From: Trichodelitschia bisporula
Lineage: Eukaryota
Direction: 5' to 3'
Assembly: GCA_010356995.1 (NCBI GenBank)
Contig: ML996696.1
Coordinates: forward strand, 932,364-996,363
Length of the DNA stretch: 64,000 nt
Part shown: piece after piece, positions 45,845 to 58,342 of the stretch
Layout of the letters: every line of letters starts with the position of its first letter
How positions within the stretch are numbered: the first letter of the stretch is position 1
Program-made: the position numbers and the translations under genes
Notes under the pieces: model-generated
Databases searched by the model: none
Told to the model about the DNA's origin: nothing
Seen by the model: the letters and a program-made list of their open reading frames with translations, nothing else

Positions 45845-48114
45845 ATGGCCTCCCCCATAGGCCTGACCGTCTCGCACCTCCCCACGGCCACCTCCTTCTT
45901 CCTCGCCGCCCTCCAGCCGCTGGGCTACCGCTTCGTCGGCCGGTGGGGAAACCAAATCGGCTTCGGCACCCAACATGAGGCGGCCGAGTTCTTCCTGGCG
46001 CAGGATCCGAATGGGTACGCACTTTTGGTTCATTCCATCCTCTATGAAATCATATCCCGATCCCTCAGTTCTGGCAAATCCTTTCCCACATTCCCATCCC
46101 TCCAATCCGGACCATTTGGATAGAAACCTCCAACTAACACCCACCAAGCCAAAACACCCACCTAACCTTCGCCGCCCCCTCCCGCACCTCAATCAGGGAA
46201 TTCTACACCGCCGCCCTCACAGCAGGCGCAACCCCCCAAACAACACCCACCTCCCAACACAGCACCTTCACTGCCTCAATCCGCGACCTAGACGGGAATA
46301 TAATCGAAGCCACCCTCCCGGACACAGAACCACCACCAGCGCAAAGCCGCATCCTCTCCGCCCGCCCCGCAACCCCGCACCCCCCCACCCTCGCCCCCTC
46401 CACAACCCTAACCCTCGACTCCCTCGCCGCGGCCGCCCACGCCCTGACACGCAACAACACCACCCCCGGCACCCTCACCCTCCCCGCCGCCCAAACCACA
46501 GCCTCCCCGCCGAAACCGGATATATCCACCAAAACCCTAGTCGGCACAATCCTCGGCGCCGCCGCCGGCGCCGCCGTCGCGTATGCCATGTGCAAGGGCG
46601 ACGAGGCCTCGCGCCAACAACATCCGGATCTCGCCCTTGCCTACCCGGCCCCTCACCCATCCATGCCGGAGCGTCGCGCCTCTGAGCCCGCCCGTGCGAT
46701 AGCAGCCCAGGCAAGCCAGGCCGTCGCCCATATCTTCCCGGAGCTTGCAGCCGCGGCGCATGCAGCCGGGGGATATGCACCTGCTTACGTCGCTGCACCG
46801 AGGCAGCTTGAGCCGGTGCAGACGCGGGCTATTGAGGCACCGCCAGCGCCAGCGCCAGCGTCGGTTGCCCCGAGTCGGGCGTCGCAGTATCAGCAGCCAG
46901 TGTACGCCGAGCCGGCGCAGTACGAACCTAGCACAGCAAGCCGCCGCGCACCCGCGCCGAGTGACGCCGGGAGATCGAGGGCAGGCAGCAGTGCCAGCCA
47001 ACGGACGGAGCGCCCGAGCCGGGGAGATGGGGCGAGCACGCTGGTGAGCGGTTTCGAGGGGGAGGAGTACGGGGAGCTCGAGCCGGAGCACAGGCACCGG
47101 GACAGCGACCGGCGGAGCAAAGCCTCGAGCTCGCACGGCCACCGGGAACGGGATGACCGCAGCAAGATCTCCGGCTCACACGGGCACCGCGATCGCGACG
47201 ACCGCAGCAAAGGCAATGTGGCCGGCAGTTCGACGAGCTCCCGGCGGGGGAGTAAAGTTGCCAGCCCGGCGCATGCACCGAGTTTGGAGCGGATTGCGGA
47301 ATATGATTTCCCAGATGTGCGGCAGGAGGGGTGGGAGGGGGGGTATGGGAGTGAGAGTGACTCTATTGCGCCGAGTGATAGTATCAGCAATGCGGGGAGT
47401 GAGAGGAGGAGGTTGAGGCGGAGGCGCAGGAGTGGGCATGGCACTCACGAGAGCAGTGCCGGCACGTCGGTTTCGAGGCGAAGCGAGCGGTCGGAACGGT
47501 CGGAGAGAAGCGAGAGGTCGGAGCGGTCTGAACGGACGGAAAGGCCAGAGTCCCACCGCCATCACTCCTCCCGTCACTCCACTGTCTCGAAACAGAGCAG
47601 CCGGCACCACGACAGCGGTTCCCGGCACCACACCCACGACCGCGACCGAGTGGAAGCGAGCCCACCCCCACCATCTACCTCCTCCCGGCGCAAACACCGC
47701 TCGTCCTCCTCCACGGCTCCCAGCGAGGCCCCGAGTGTCAGCACTCTCACGCCGGGTAAATACCGCCGCTCGAGCGGCAGCGACGAGCGTGTGCGTGAGC
47801 GCCCAATGGAGACCAGTTCCTCAAGCTCACGCTCATCGCGTGGCAGTGGCGGGTCCTCCGCGCCCAGCCGCCGAAGCTCAGGGGAGTTGCCGGAAGGCGC
47901 GTACGAGGTCCGCGGCTCGGCGATTGCGCCGCCCATCGGCTCGGATGGGATGGCTCCCGTGAGGGCGATCACGGAGAGTTTGATTGCGGGGGATAGCGGG
48001 AGTGGTGGTAGGGTCGGAGAGCGGTTCGCGGGGCAATTGCCTATCCGCATGGCGCCGGGAGGTGGGATGGGGACGAGGGAGGGACGCGGTGTGAGTGCTG
48101 GGTATTATGCTTGA
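45845..48114 (+). CDS. Glyoxalase/VOC-fold protein with a hydrophobic Gly-zipper segment and a long Ser/Arg-rich tail; intron 46015-46148
   Basis: LTVSHLPTATSFFLAALQPLGY, THLTFAAPSRTSIREFYTAALTAG and ASIRDLDGNIIEA. Exon 2 runs in frame into ORF 46588-48114. Confidence 0.8.
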
Positions 48115-48919
48115 GGAAAGTTGCATGAGGAGGTGTTCGGGTGCTGTTTTTGTTTGTTTCGGGAGTTGGGTAGAGCATTGGTGGCTGTTTTCATGAGATT
48201 CATGCGCGGATTGATGTGTGGATAATGTCTTGATGGATACCTGGGTGGACGGCATGGACAGGACGAAGATATGAGTCTGCATTGCATCTCTTTGGCGCGC
48301 GGGCTTTCACGCGGGAGGGCGATTCGATTCAGATCTGATACAATGAAGCATTACTACTGTATCTGACGATATATATCTCCTAGGACTCTCGAGGGGCGGA
48401 TATTTCACTTACTGCGCACTTTCAGCATTTCACGTTCTCTCCCAAGACCAAGTAGTAATGAAAGCATAGACTTGACACTTACAATCGCTCCAGTGTGAAG
48501 TGAAAGGTTGACAGAAGAAGAGAGTCAAGAGACGCTCGCGACTAAATACGTCATGTAGCAAATGTCGTCCGATGCTCCTTCCTCCCATCGTGAGCACATT
48601 ACTTCATATACGCCTTGTATGCCACGTCACTTCCCAAAAGTGATATGCTCCTTTTAACATTAAGTATGATGCCTTGGTACCATACATGCCTCAATGCCCT
48701 GTTGCCTCATGTGCCCACATCATCAGGGGCAGCTATTTCACCTTCGCCACTTTAGCATCTCACATTCTCTCTCTCTCGCAAGAACAAACCCACTAGAGTA
48801 GCATACATCATTCATCTATAATCAACAAGCTATGTATATCCCCATTCTCACTCAGCCTCGAATGCCAAACAGAAACAAAACGCCCCCCAAAACACCAATC
48901 TTCCCCCCAAATTCCTCCC

Positions 48920-51026
48920 CTAAACCCCATACCTAGCCTTCAACTCATCCAACTCCCTCTGAAACGCATCCATATCGCGGAGCACATCCGCCGCCGACTG
49001 GCCATCTCCACCACCAACCCCAACCCCATCCACACTCCCCCTCCCCTCCCCCCTAACCAAGTCCACACTCCCCCTCCTCCCCTCCTCCCCCTCTTCCTTC
49101 CTACTACTCGTAACCCTCCTCGGCGGCGGCGGCGGCGGCATCCCCGCACCCCCACCGCTTACTCCACCATTGTTCACTCCAGCAACCCCCCTCAAACTCC
49201 CCGCCCTCGAACTTCCCGGACTCCCCTCAAGCTGACTCCCGCTCCTATTCCGCGCCGGCACAGGCGGTGGAGGCGGGCCCCCGGCACGCCGGATACTAGC
49301 CGCGCGCTCAGGCTTCTCCCCTCCGGCTATCGACACATGCGAACGGCGAGCGCGGGGCGGAGGGGGTGGCTTAGGTGTAGAAGTCGGCGGGGCAGAGGCC
49401 GAGGGCACCAAGGCTGACGGAACTGAGATCGGGGGCGAGGCTAAGGCGGGTGGTGAGACTACGGTCGGGGTCGCCTCGGTGTCGCTTTCGGCTCGGCTTT
49501 CCAGCGCCAAACTGCTGCGTCTTGGCTCGGTCGGGGTCGGAGCATGGGCCTCGTCATCAGCCACGCTACTGACAAACGACCGCGCGTCGTCGCCCATTGA
49601 GCGGCCCGTGCTGCTGCGGGCACGGGCGGGTGTTGGAGCATGGCTTGTGCGGCGGGCAAGGGGGATTGGTGGAGGACGAGGAGATGGCGGTGTGTCGGCT
49701 TGAGGTGGAGGAGCGGGTGCGGGGGAGGGAGGGGTTGGCGCGGGGAGGGCGTCGGGTGCTTTTTCTTTTCCTTTCTCTTTCTCTTTTTCGGTTTCTTTTG
49801 CCTTGTCCTTCTCCGGTGGGCGGGGTGGTTCGTCCTTAGGGGTGGAGAGCGAGTCCTCGCTCGCGGGCCGAATCGGCGGCGGAGGAGGGAGTGGTTTATT
49901 AGTCGACACCCGCGCAGGCGCAGCAGGGCGTGTTAGCGTCGGCGCGAAGTCATCGAAAGACACGACCTGCGGTCCGGATGTGAGCGCTTTGCCGTGCCGG
50001 CGTTTCGGAGGTGGAGGTTTGGGGCGCGGAGTTGTTGGGGCAGGAGATGTGAGGGGTGGAGAGGTTTGAGATGGAGGCGGAGAGAAAGGTGCGATATGTG
50101 AGGGGATAGACGATGTGACGTTGGGTGAGGCGAGGGTTGGTGGAGGGGAGGTATGTTGTGAATATGACTCGGCTCGTGATAGTGATGTGCGTGATGTTGG
50201 CGACGCGAGGGCGAGGGGCGGCGATGTTAGCACCCGGCTCGGCGACGCAGCCGCTCGTGTCGGCGAGGCACGCGCTGGCGAGGTGGCTGCTCGGACCGGG
50301 GACTCCTGATAGCGCACCGGCGAAGCCGTCCGCTCGCCTCTGTCGCGGACATACTCGCCGGACGCGCGCGGTGTACCGATGAAAGGGCGGGAGACTCCGT
50401 CGAGGCGGATAGGTTCGTCGGACTCGTCGTCGGAGCTAGTCTCGCTGTCGGGGGTCAAGCCATGCGTTGCTTCCGTGACCGACGTCAACGCCGATGCCAA
50501 CCTAGCGCCCGATCCCGTCTTCGCCGTCTCCTTGCCCGTGCCCTGGCCAGCCATGAGCATAGCCGCAAAGCCATCAACATCCAAACTCGCCCTCGCCGCT
50601 TTCTTCCGCTCGAACTCAGCCTTCCCAGCAGTATCATCGGCATCCAGCCCCCCCTTCCCCTTCTTGCTGAACGGATTGAGCTGCAACACCAACGGCCTTT
50701 CATCCCGCTCATCCCCCTCACTCCCCTCACTCCCACTCTCCCTCCCAAACGGATCCGGAACCTCACCCCCCCCCTCATCATCAAACCCAAACCCCTTCCT
50801 CGCCGGCGTCCCAGGCCTCCGCTTAATCCTCGCCCCCCTCTCCCCCCCCTCCTCCCGTATCGGCTCCTCAATCCGCACCTTCTTCGACTTATCCGCCTCG
50901 ATCCGCAGCTTCCCCAAGGCAGCATCTATGCAAACCGCGTCAGCAAATCCCCTCAAACCCGCCCACACAAAACGCACCCTGCCCCGCCTCCCCCGCCCCC
51001 CTACGAAACGGATTATTCGAGCTCAT
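48920..51026 (-). CDS. Proline-rich low-complexity fungal protein; intron 50977-50926
   Basis: Exon 1 MSSNNPFRRGAGEAGQ splices in phase to ORF 48920-50977. Motifs SLDVDGFAAMLM, KPPPPKRRHGK and C-terminal DVLRDMDAFQRELDELKARY. Confidence 0.75.
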
Positions 51027-51884
51027 TCGCAAAACAAGGCCTCAGCGCTCGCGCAACCATGGTTCGCGCTTGCTAGGCAGCGCGGGGCCCCGGTTGCCTC
51101 ACTCCCCACTCCCAACGCGAGCGGGCGTGGTGTGCGGGACCTTTGTGGAGAAGCAGATGGAGAGAAAGAGTGGGCGCGTGTGTATTCAACGTGATGCGGG
51201 GCGTGCGTGGGGTGGAGAGAAGGAGAGAACGGAGGGGAGTTGAGCGGGCGTCGTGCGTGGCAGACGGACCCACGTCGGTCATCGGAGGGGCGTGCAGCCA
51301 CAAGCTTGCAGGGCGTGCCAAGACCAGACAGGGAGGAGGAAGCTGGTGGGGGAGGGGGTCAGCAGCTTATCGATTAGGAAGGTCAAGCAAGATCAGAAAT
51401 CAGAGGAGACCTTAAATTAAGATCGTCTCCCACCATCCCCATGGCTCTAACTACAATCACTAATGGCCACTTGCCGCATCCGAGTTATCTGGGAATATTC
51501 CATTACGTCGTGCTTCGTGGCCTACGAATACGGATGTATCATACACAACTCCATAACGCTCGACCCACACCACGCAATTTCAATCCTTACGCCAGCCCGC
51601 TCTCATTGCAATTCCCATTCCCATTCCCACTCCCCATGCCGTATGTGAGGAAAAAGTGAGCTATTATCATTACGTCGTTGAACCACCGGGGAAAAATGCG
51701 CCAGACCCAGACTCCAACAAGCCCGTGAAATGCAATTTACCACAGTTGGACATGCTGAAGAGTTGGGCATGCAAAAAAAGCAAAGGGGTATATTACAGCG
51801 GAAAACCAAAGACTATGTCCGAAACCGCCAGCTGGACAGACTCGGAGTGCGGTAGTTGTAGAGCATTCGAAAGCGATGGCCTAA

Positions 51885-53669
51885 TCAGTTACCATTGCCT
51901 TCAGGGCGTGGCGCCGCATTCGCCAGTGGATTGGGGTTCGAGGGCACAAGATCGGACCGAAAGGCAAAAGAGTATGATGGTAGATTCACTGGCGGAAAGT
52001 GAACAGGGGTGTGACGATACGGCGACGGCTGTAGGCTGGTGTGCGGGGGCGACGTCGGTACGCGGTACGGGGGAGGCAAGGACATATGTGGCTGGTAAGT
52101 GAAGGGGCTTCCAGGTGGCATCCGGTGCGGCTGATGGTGAAAGACGTCAGGGTTCGAAGGAGGGGGACCCCAATGCCTCCAGGCCTCCATTCCAGAGACG
52201 CTGGGAAGATGCGGAAGAGCTTCGGACGGACTGGCGCCGTACACGCTGCTGCTCCACCAATGTCCAGATACAGGCACAGGCGTGTATACACTTGGCTCCA
52301 CCGGCTGGACTGCGGGACGCTGATCACTCGATACGGTTTGAGTCGCTGGTTCACGGCGTTGAGCTTGCTGTTGAGGTTGAGGTTGATGCTGAGTTTGGGT
52401 TTGGACTTGGGTTTGAGCTTGTGTTTGAACCTGGTACTGAGCGTGTTGTCGAGCTTGAGCACCAACGTCAGTCGGGATGTTTGTTTCAGACGACCGAGGG
52501 CCAAACGAAACTGTGACATCGACAGACATAGTTGCGCTCGGAACCGGAGGTACCGGCACATACTCACCGGGGTAGCGCCCATCGGAGAAGCTCGAGGCCG
52601 GCCCCGGTGCCCATTGTTGCGGGCCCGCAGATTGCTGCGATGATGGGGCCGGCTGTAGCTGGGGGAAGCCGTTCGGCCCCCACATGTGCGCAAACGGCGG
52701 AGCGAGCCCAATCTGGTAGTGGGCCGTGGCGTGAGGCTGGGCCATCAGGATGAACGGAGCCGGGATCTCGCGTACCTGCTGCTGCTGCTGCTGCTGCTCC
52801 TGCTGGCGCTCCTGTTGGATTTCCGTCTGCTCGACCTGCTGGACTTGCTGCCAGAACACGGGAGTCGGAGGCATGCCGAAGTTCGAATATTGCAAGTTGC
52901 GACGATTCTCCTCGGCCCGAGCTGCACGGATCTGGGTCAGCGTGCGTGCGTTTTGATGTGGGAAGCGGCCCATACGCGTCGGGATGTGCGGGCGCGGACG
53001 AGAGACCCTAGGGCGCTTCGACGCGCGACTGCCGGCAGCGCCGTTGTCGCATGTAAGCCACATCAGCTGATCCTCGTCCCACAGCGAACGGCACATCGGA
53101 CACTTGTCAGTGTTGCTGGTGTTGCTGCTGTGAGGACCAGTAAACCATTCGATGAGACACGACTTGTGGAAGTTGTGGCCACACGTCGTCTGGCAGTAGA
53201 GAATTTCATTCTTCTCGGGTTCGTACGGCTCCCAACACACGGGGCAGTCACCTTCGATCGGCTGGCGCCGATGCGCAGGCTGCGGAGGAGGCTGATTCTT
53301 GCGGTTGGCACAACGCCTTGAGGGGTTGGGGTTCAACGGCGGGGAGCTGTAGTTCGCAGCACGCAGCGGAAGCGGTGCTGGCGGCATATGAGTTTGAGGG
53401 GGCACTCCCGACATATTGGGCATCGAAAGCATGTCGTACGACAAAGGAGTGCCATGAGCGTGTAGAGGAGACCGGTGCCGCTCGTCCAGGCCGGATCCGA
53501 TCCAGGGCGTGTGAGCAGAGAAGTCGTCAAAGTGCTCGAGTGGAAGCTGGTCACTCAAATCTCGGTCGGTGTTGTCGAGCATCATGTGGCGGCGGGAAAG
53601 AGCAGCAAAGTCGGACGTCGTCGGATTCCTCAAGTCGTCAGGCCAGCGGCCACGCTGTTGGTTCTCCAT
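51885..53669 (-). CDS. RING-H2 zinc-finger protein (putative E3 ligase) with Gln/Pro-rich C-terminus
   Basis: CPVC-x13-CQTTCGHNFHKSC...CPMCR. The first ATG (MENQQRG) is at 53669, although the ORF is open to 53753. Confidence 0.8.
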   Translation of the reverse strand: MENQQRGRWPDDLRNPTTSDFAALSRRHMMLDNTDRDLSDQLPLEHFDDFSAHTPWIGSGLDERHRSPLHAHGTPLSYDMLSMPNMSGVPPQTHMPPAPLPLRAANYSSPPLNPNPSRRCANRKNQPPPQPAHRRQPIEGDCPVCWEPYEPEKNEILYCQTTCGHNFHKSCLIEWFTGPHSSNTSNTDKCPMCRSLWDEDQLMWLTCDNGAAGSRASKRPRVSRPRPHIPTRMGRFPHQNARTLTQIRAARAEENRRNLQYSNFGMPPTPVFWQQVQQVEQTEIQQERQQEQQQQQQQVREIPAPFILMAQPHATAHYQIGLAPPFAHMWGPNGFPQLQPAPSSQQSAGPQQWAPGPASSFSDGRYPGEYVPVPPVPSATMSVDVTVSFGPRSSETNIPTDVGAQARQHAQYQVQTQAQTQVQTQTQHQPQPQQQAQRREPATQTVSSDQRPAVQPVEPSVYTPVPVSGHWWSSSVYGASPSEALPHLPSVSGMEAWRHWGPPPSNPDVFHHQPHRMPPGSPFTYQPHMSLPPPYRVPTSPPHTSLQPSPYRHTPVHFPPVNLPSYSFAFRSDLVPSNPNPLANAAPRPEGNGN

Positions 53670-56600
53670 GGCAGGAGAGGAGAACTTGCTGCGGGCGCGG
53701 GTGGTGAAAGTGGCATATGCCCAGCGGGAAGCGCTTAGGCTGCGAGGTCGCAAAGCCGCGGATGAACCGGAGCGAACAGTGGAGAAAGGCGGCGACGATA
53801 GAGCGGGGAGAGACAGAGGGGGAGGGTGGGACGGACAAGACTAAATAGTCGATGCACGGCACACGGCAAGCTAAATAGTCGCGGACACGGTGAGCGGGTT
53901 TGGAGCGAAAGGACCCAGTAGACAAGCGACCGGCGTTTCTAGCGAAAGGGCGCAGGTTGGAAGCAGTTGATCGGTTAGGATCCAGGCCACACGCGCATGA
54001 CCGACCTTAATGCATCGATCGGTAGGGGACCTTCTGGGTGAATCAGCAGGCAAACCGGTGTAGCGACCAGCGCGGGAGATAATCACTTTGCAGTCTCACT
54101 GACGAGTTGGACGCGAAAAGCGACGTCGGGTGGCGGGGAAGCCCTCGACGCTGGCGTTGCAGACGGCTGCCGTGTACTTACGGACTGGGGTTGTACTGGG
54201 GGAAACAAGAGCGACGGGGGAAGTTGGTTGTCTGCAAGCTATCGATAACTACGAGTGGGGTGGAGGAGAGGGGGTGGGTGCGCGAGAGGAGGGACGAATG
54301 ACGAGTGGGCTTGGAGGGGCAGTGGTGGTAGTACTGTGTGGTGGTCGTGGTGGAGGCGTGGAGATGGTGGAGGAGAGCTCGCAGTGGAGAAAGCAGTGGA
54401 GTGAGAGAGTGTTTTGCAAGCTGGTGGAGAGAAATAGCGAGAGGTTTTCGGAGGTTGCGAAGGAAGGAAGAAGAAGGAAGAAGACAGTGGGAGGGTGGCC
54501 TGCGGGGGGTGGTTAATTGAAGAACACAAACCTAGGGCGTGCGAATTGCAGTGCAAGGCAGAGAGTGACAGAGTGAGGGGTGGAGGGATGGAGGGGGGAA
54601 GGAGGCACGGTGGTGCCAGCATGCGGCCGACAGCGACGAGAAACGAACTGACGAGACCGAAGAGCAGACCCGAACAAACAAGATGAGACGAGTGAGGGCA
54701 AAAAGGACCAGACCTGGCTGGTGAAATGGGGAAGCGATGGATGCATGGGATGGCGTGGAACCGGATGCCGATAGGTGAGAGAAAAAAATAAGGCGAAGGA
54801 AGGCAAAGGCAAAGAGGCTGGCGTCAAGGGCAAAGACAAACTCGGAGCTAAAAGGCCTGGCGAGACTGTGACAAGCGACAATAAGCGGGATGCTGATGGT
54901 GGCCGCCAGCAACTGAACAGGAGCGGAGAGAAAGAGACAAGCCGAGACGAGAGAGCAGAAGAGCCAGGCAAACAGAGGCACAGGTCGGGCCGGGCTACTT
55001 GGGGGTGCTTGGGATAGGCCTTACCAGAGTGGTTTTGGAGGGGCTAGGAGGGGGAAGAGCAGGAGGGGTGTGCTTGCCTCACTTCCCCGTTGGTGGTGAT
55101 GGTGGACGGAAGTCGTAACCTTAGATGCGAAGTCGTTGCAGTTCCAGTGGGTAGTTCTAATGCCGGTAGTTCTAGCAGCTGGGTCCTGTCCAGTCTACCC
55201 GTACCTACCACAGTATCATAATGCTCTGGCTCTTGCTCTGGCTCTGGCTCTGGCTCTCAACGGATACCCTATTGGCTCAGGACTTGTACTTTGCACTCCG
55301 CATGCATTTGGTCAGGCTTGCAACTCTCTCGCCTGCTCCCTCGCTCGATTCGTACTCGATCCAAGAGTCGTGGCACAGCGGGGTGAGGGGTGGCGGTAGT
55401 GGCAGATGGAGAAGACGAGGATAGATGGACTGGGGGGTGTTCAGCGTGATCCGAACAAGCCAGAGGTAATCAAGTGGGGTTGGGATGCGTATGGAATGGG
55501 GATCATATGGAGGTGTTTACGGTCGGCGTTATCCTCGGAATGCGAAGGTAAGTGGGTTGTCGAGAGTTGAGTGAGACGAGGCGAGATGAAATGGGGAATG
55601 GGGACAAGGTGGAACAGCGGGCGGACCCATGGAAGCAGACTCAGCTAGAACTGTATACGTACGTAGGAGATTGAAGCCATCTCTTCTTATACTGCATTTC
55701 GCCAGATATCATGGAAAAGCGGGACAATAGAGTTTCATTGATCGGTGTGCTGTTGTGCCCGTTTACCGCGATCCCCTTTCCTCGTCACCAGTTCCGTATA
55801 AATGGCCGGCTTTTCTCGTGGCCATCTTTTCTGGTGTCCATTCGGTGTGACCTCGACGGACTTTTACCGTACAGTTCCTAATAGTTCTAGTACGTTGCGT
55901 AGTCGTCCAGCTGCACACGTATGCCCTACATACGTATGCTCCCCCATACCCACCGTCCCATCAAGCGGTCCGCTGCGTGAACGGCACACGAGCTCGGCGG
56001 CTCCCTTGCCTCTCCGCCAAAAGGCGGGATAGGAGGAGCGTCTTGCAGCGTTGCAGCGTCGCAAGCTCGCAGCTTCCTTTGGGGCCTTGCAACGCAGGGT
56101 TCTAGACTCGTGTGCCGTCGTGGCTGCGTTTTCCGCCTCCCGCCGTCACCTCAGCCGTCCGCCGCTCGCATTCCGACCCAGGGCTTCCCGAAAAAGTCGT
56201 GGCCGCCCTCCTTTGGTGAACGGTGCATATAACTCAGCAAAAGCCAGGCGGAGAGTGGCTACGACTTTTTGAGGCAGCGTTTTGGACGTTGGGGGTGCAC
56301 GGGCTGGATGCCTTGACGCAGCCTTATTGCCTGTTGGCGCACGACTTCATCTCATACCCGTCTCGCCTTCTCATCCACAACATCACCTCAATACCCTACC
56401 AACGTCAATGGCAACGATGGCACCGCATATCGGCATGTTACACACCTTCAAGCATAGCTACTTGCAACCTGACTAGTCTGCACCGCCCTCATCGCCCCCA
56501 CAGGAAACATTCGGAAACGACGCCCGGTCCCCCTCAGCCTTGGCTCCTTATCCCAGGCTCTCCCAGGCTCCCAGACTCGTTTATCCCTCGTCCGCCCGTC

Positions 56601-57061
56601 CTCCGGCCCGCCGACCGACCCGGGATCCTGCGTCCCTGCCGTTATCACTCTCGCTATTCGCCCAGGGGACCGAAGCCCGGACCGCCGGACCCAGCCACGG
56701 GACTACTCCATTTCGGAACTATGCATGCCGCTGCATTGATGAGAGTTCTATGTTTGAGAGAGAAGAAAGTCCGCAGCCGTAGGGATATCGGCGCCCGCAC
56801 TCGGCATTGAGCGTCGTTCCCGTTCGACAAAGGCATTCAAGGGCCTCAGGAAGCCATCCTCCAGGCTAATAGATCATAGGCTTGGCACGTGCAGTGGCTA
56901 CCATGTAAAGTGAAGCGTTTGAAAAAGGACAGTGAAAGGAAGAGAGTTGATAGGCCTCACAGAATGAATACATGATGTCGTCCAGTGCTCCTTCCTTCAG
57001 CCATGAGCATACCTCGTGCCTGCCTCCATCGTGCGCACATATCGTCATGTGCGCCTTCCGT

Positions 57062-57146
57062 TGGCATGCGCCTTCCCCAAGAGTGGTGTGTCCCTTCCCC
57101 AAGGGTGGCATGCTCCTCCCCCAAGAGTGGCATGCTCCTTCCTCCC
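57062..57146. repeat. 22-bp tandem repeat, about 3.8 copies
   Basis: tggcatgcgccttccccaagag / tggtgtgtcccttccccaaggg / tggcatgctcctcccccaagag / tggcatgctccttcc. Confidence 0.9.
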
Positions 57147-57424
57147 GTAGACAGAGTTTGGATACTTAAGGCCTTTAAGCTTTTTCTCCATCTCTTCACA
57201 ACCAGGCTGTTCTCGTCATCGACTTGTCCTCTATTCTGGAGAGCCTCGCGACTCTCTCCCTTTCATTGCATTTGTCTCATTCTCCACTTTATACCGTAGC
57301 CTTTGCAGGTGTGAAAGCTTGGCTTCCATTATCATCACTTAAAGTCATCACTCAAAGTCACCACTCAAAATCACCACTCATGGTGAGGCTCTTGTCCAAG
57401 GGGTCTTCGAGGCCTTCTTCCAAA

Positions 57425-57915
57425 ATGAAGGCATGCAGTCCCAATTTCGACCTGCCCGCTCCCGCCGTCTCCGAGAGAGACTGGATCTTCATCCAAAACT
57501 TCCACCGGGCCAACGCACCGTACCTTCGGCCTCGTTATGCTGCACCGCCACTTCGATCTTGCGCCTCGCGCCTTGATCCAGCATCCAAGCGTTACCGTCG
57601 GACAGACGAAGTCGGTTGAGACAGCACTTGACGATGGTGCCATCGTTCCTGGACCAGACAATCCCTCGCCGGCTGCCTAACCGCCAACCGGCCAACATGG
57701 ACCAACACCACAGCGGCTTGCTGCGCCTTGGGACGAAGAACAGTGGGCCATTTGGTATTAGAGAATCCCTCTATGAACCTTCAATAGGTATTTTGTCGAT
57801 ACCTATGGCGCAAACTCGGCCTCAAACGCGAAAAGACAAGGTGTTGCCAGCGTCATCTTCACCGACGAGAAGTTGGCTCACTACCGTGGGACCGCGACAC
57901 CTTGGGAGGGAGTAG
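57425..57915 (+). mobile_element. Possible heavily deleted relic of a fungal Helitron-like element
   Basis: The broken-frame peptides PAVSERDWIFIQNFH and GSL/RGTATPWEG recall segments of fungal Helitron Rep-associated ORFs. This is recalled similarity only; no intact ORF or termini were seen. Confidence 0.3.
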
Positions 57916-58099
57916 TCACCGGCATGAAGGGGAGCAGTGGGAAGAAGAAGTGGAGGCTTGGACCTGGAACGCTGCTGGAAAGAAGGAAGTGTGGGATTCG
58001 AATGTTGCCTCTTGGAACGTCATACTCGCGAAGATCAGCGGACAGAGGGCCATCGTCGACAGATCGTTGTTCACTTGCGCCATGGTGAGGCTCCTCCGC

Positions 58100-58342
58100 C
58101 CCTAGCCCGCCATGTGGGCTTTCGACGACGATGGGCTACTCAAGCCCACCGAATTCTTCTATTTGGAACACCCCGATCCTCCCCTTTCCCGGGAAGCCCT
58201 CGAGTTCGTCACAAAGTTCAAGAAGCTCATCGACAGGCTCGGGCTTAGCAAAGTTGTCGGGCTTGTACGGTTTCCTGGCCCGGAGTTCAAGGGCTCCTGC
58301 GAGATTACTCGGGGTCGGGCCAACACCTCCTCGCCTAGATGA
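58100..58342 (+). pseudogene. Fragment of a conserved fungal hypothetical-protein gene
   Basis: The protein-like peptide WAFDDDGLLKPTEFFYLEHPD...LGLSKVVGLVRFPGPEFKGSCEITRGRAN has no proper 5' part and ends abruptly. Confidence 0.4.

Noticed and set aside
53841..53882. Duplicated CTAAATAGTCG as an Rlm1/MEF2 site
   Set aside because: The core is 8 bp rather than the 10-bp CTA(A/T)4TAG consensus.
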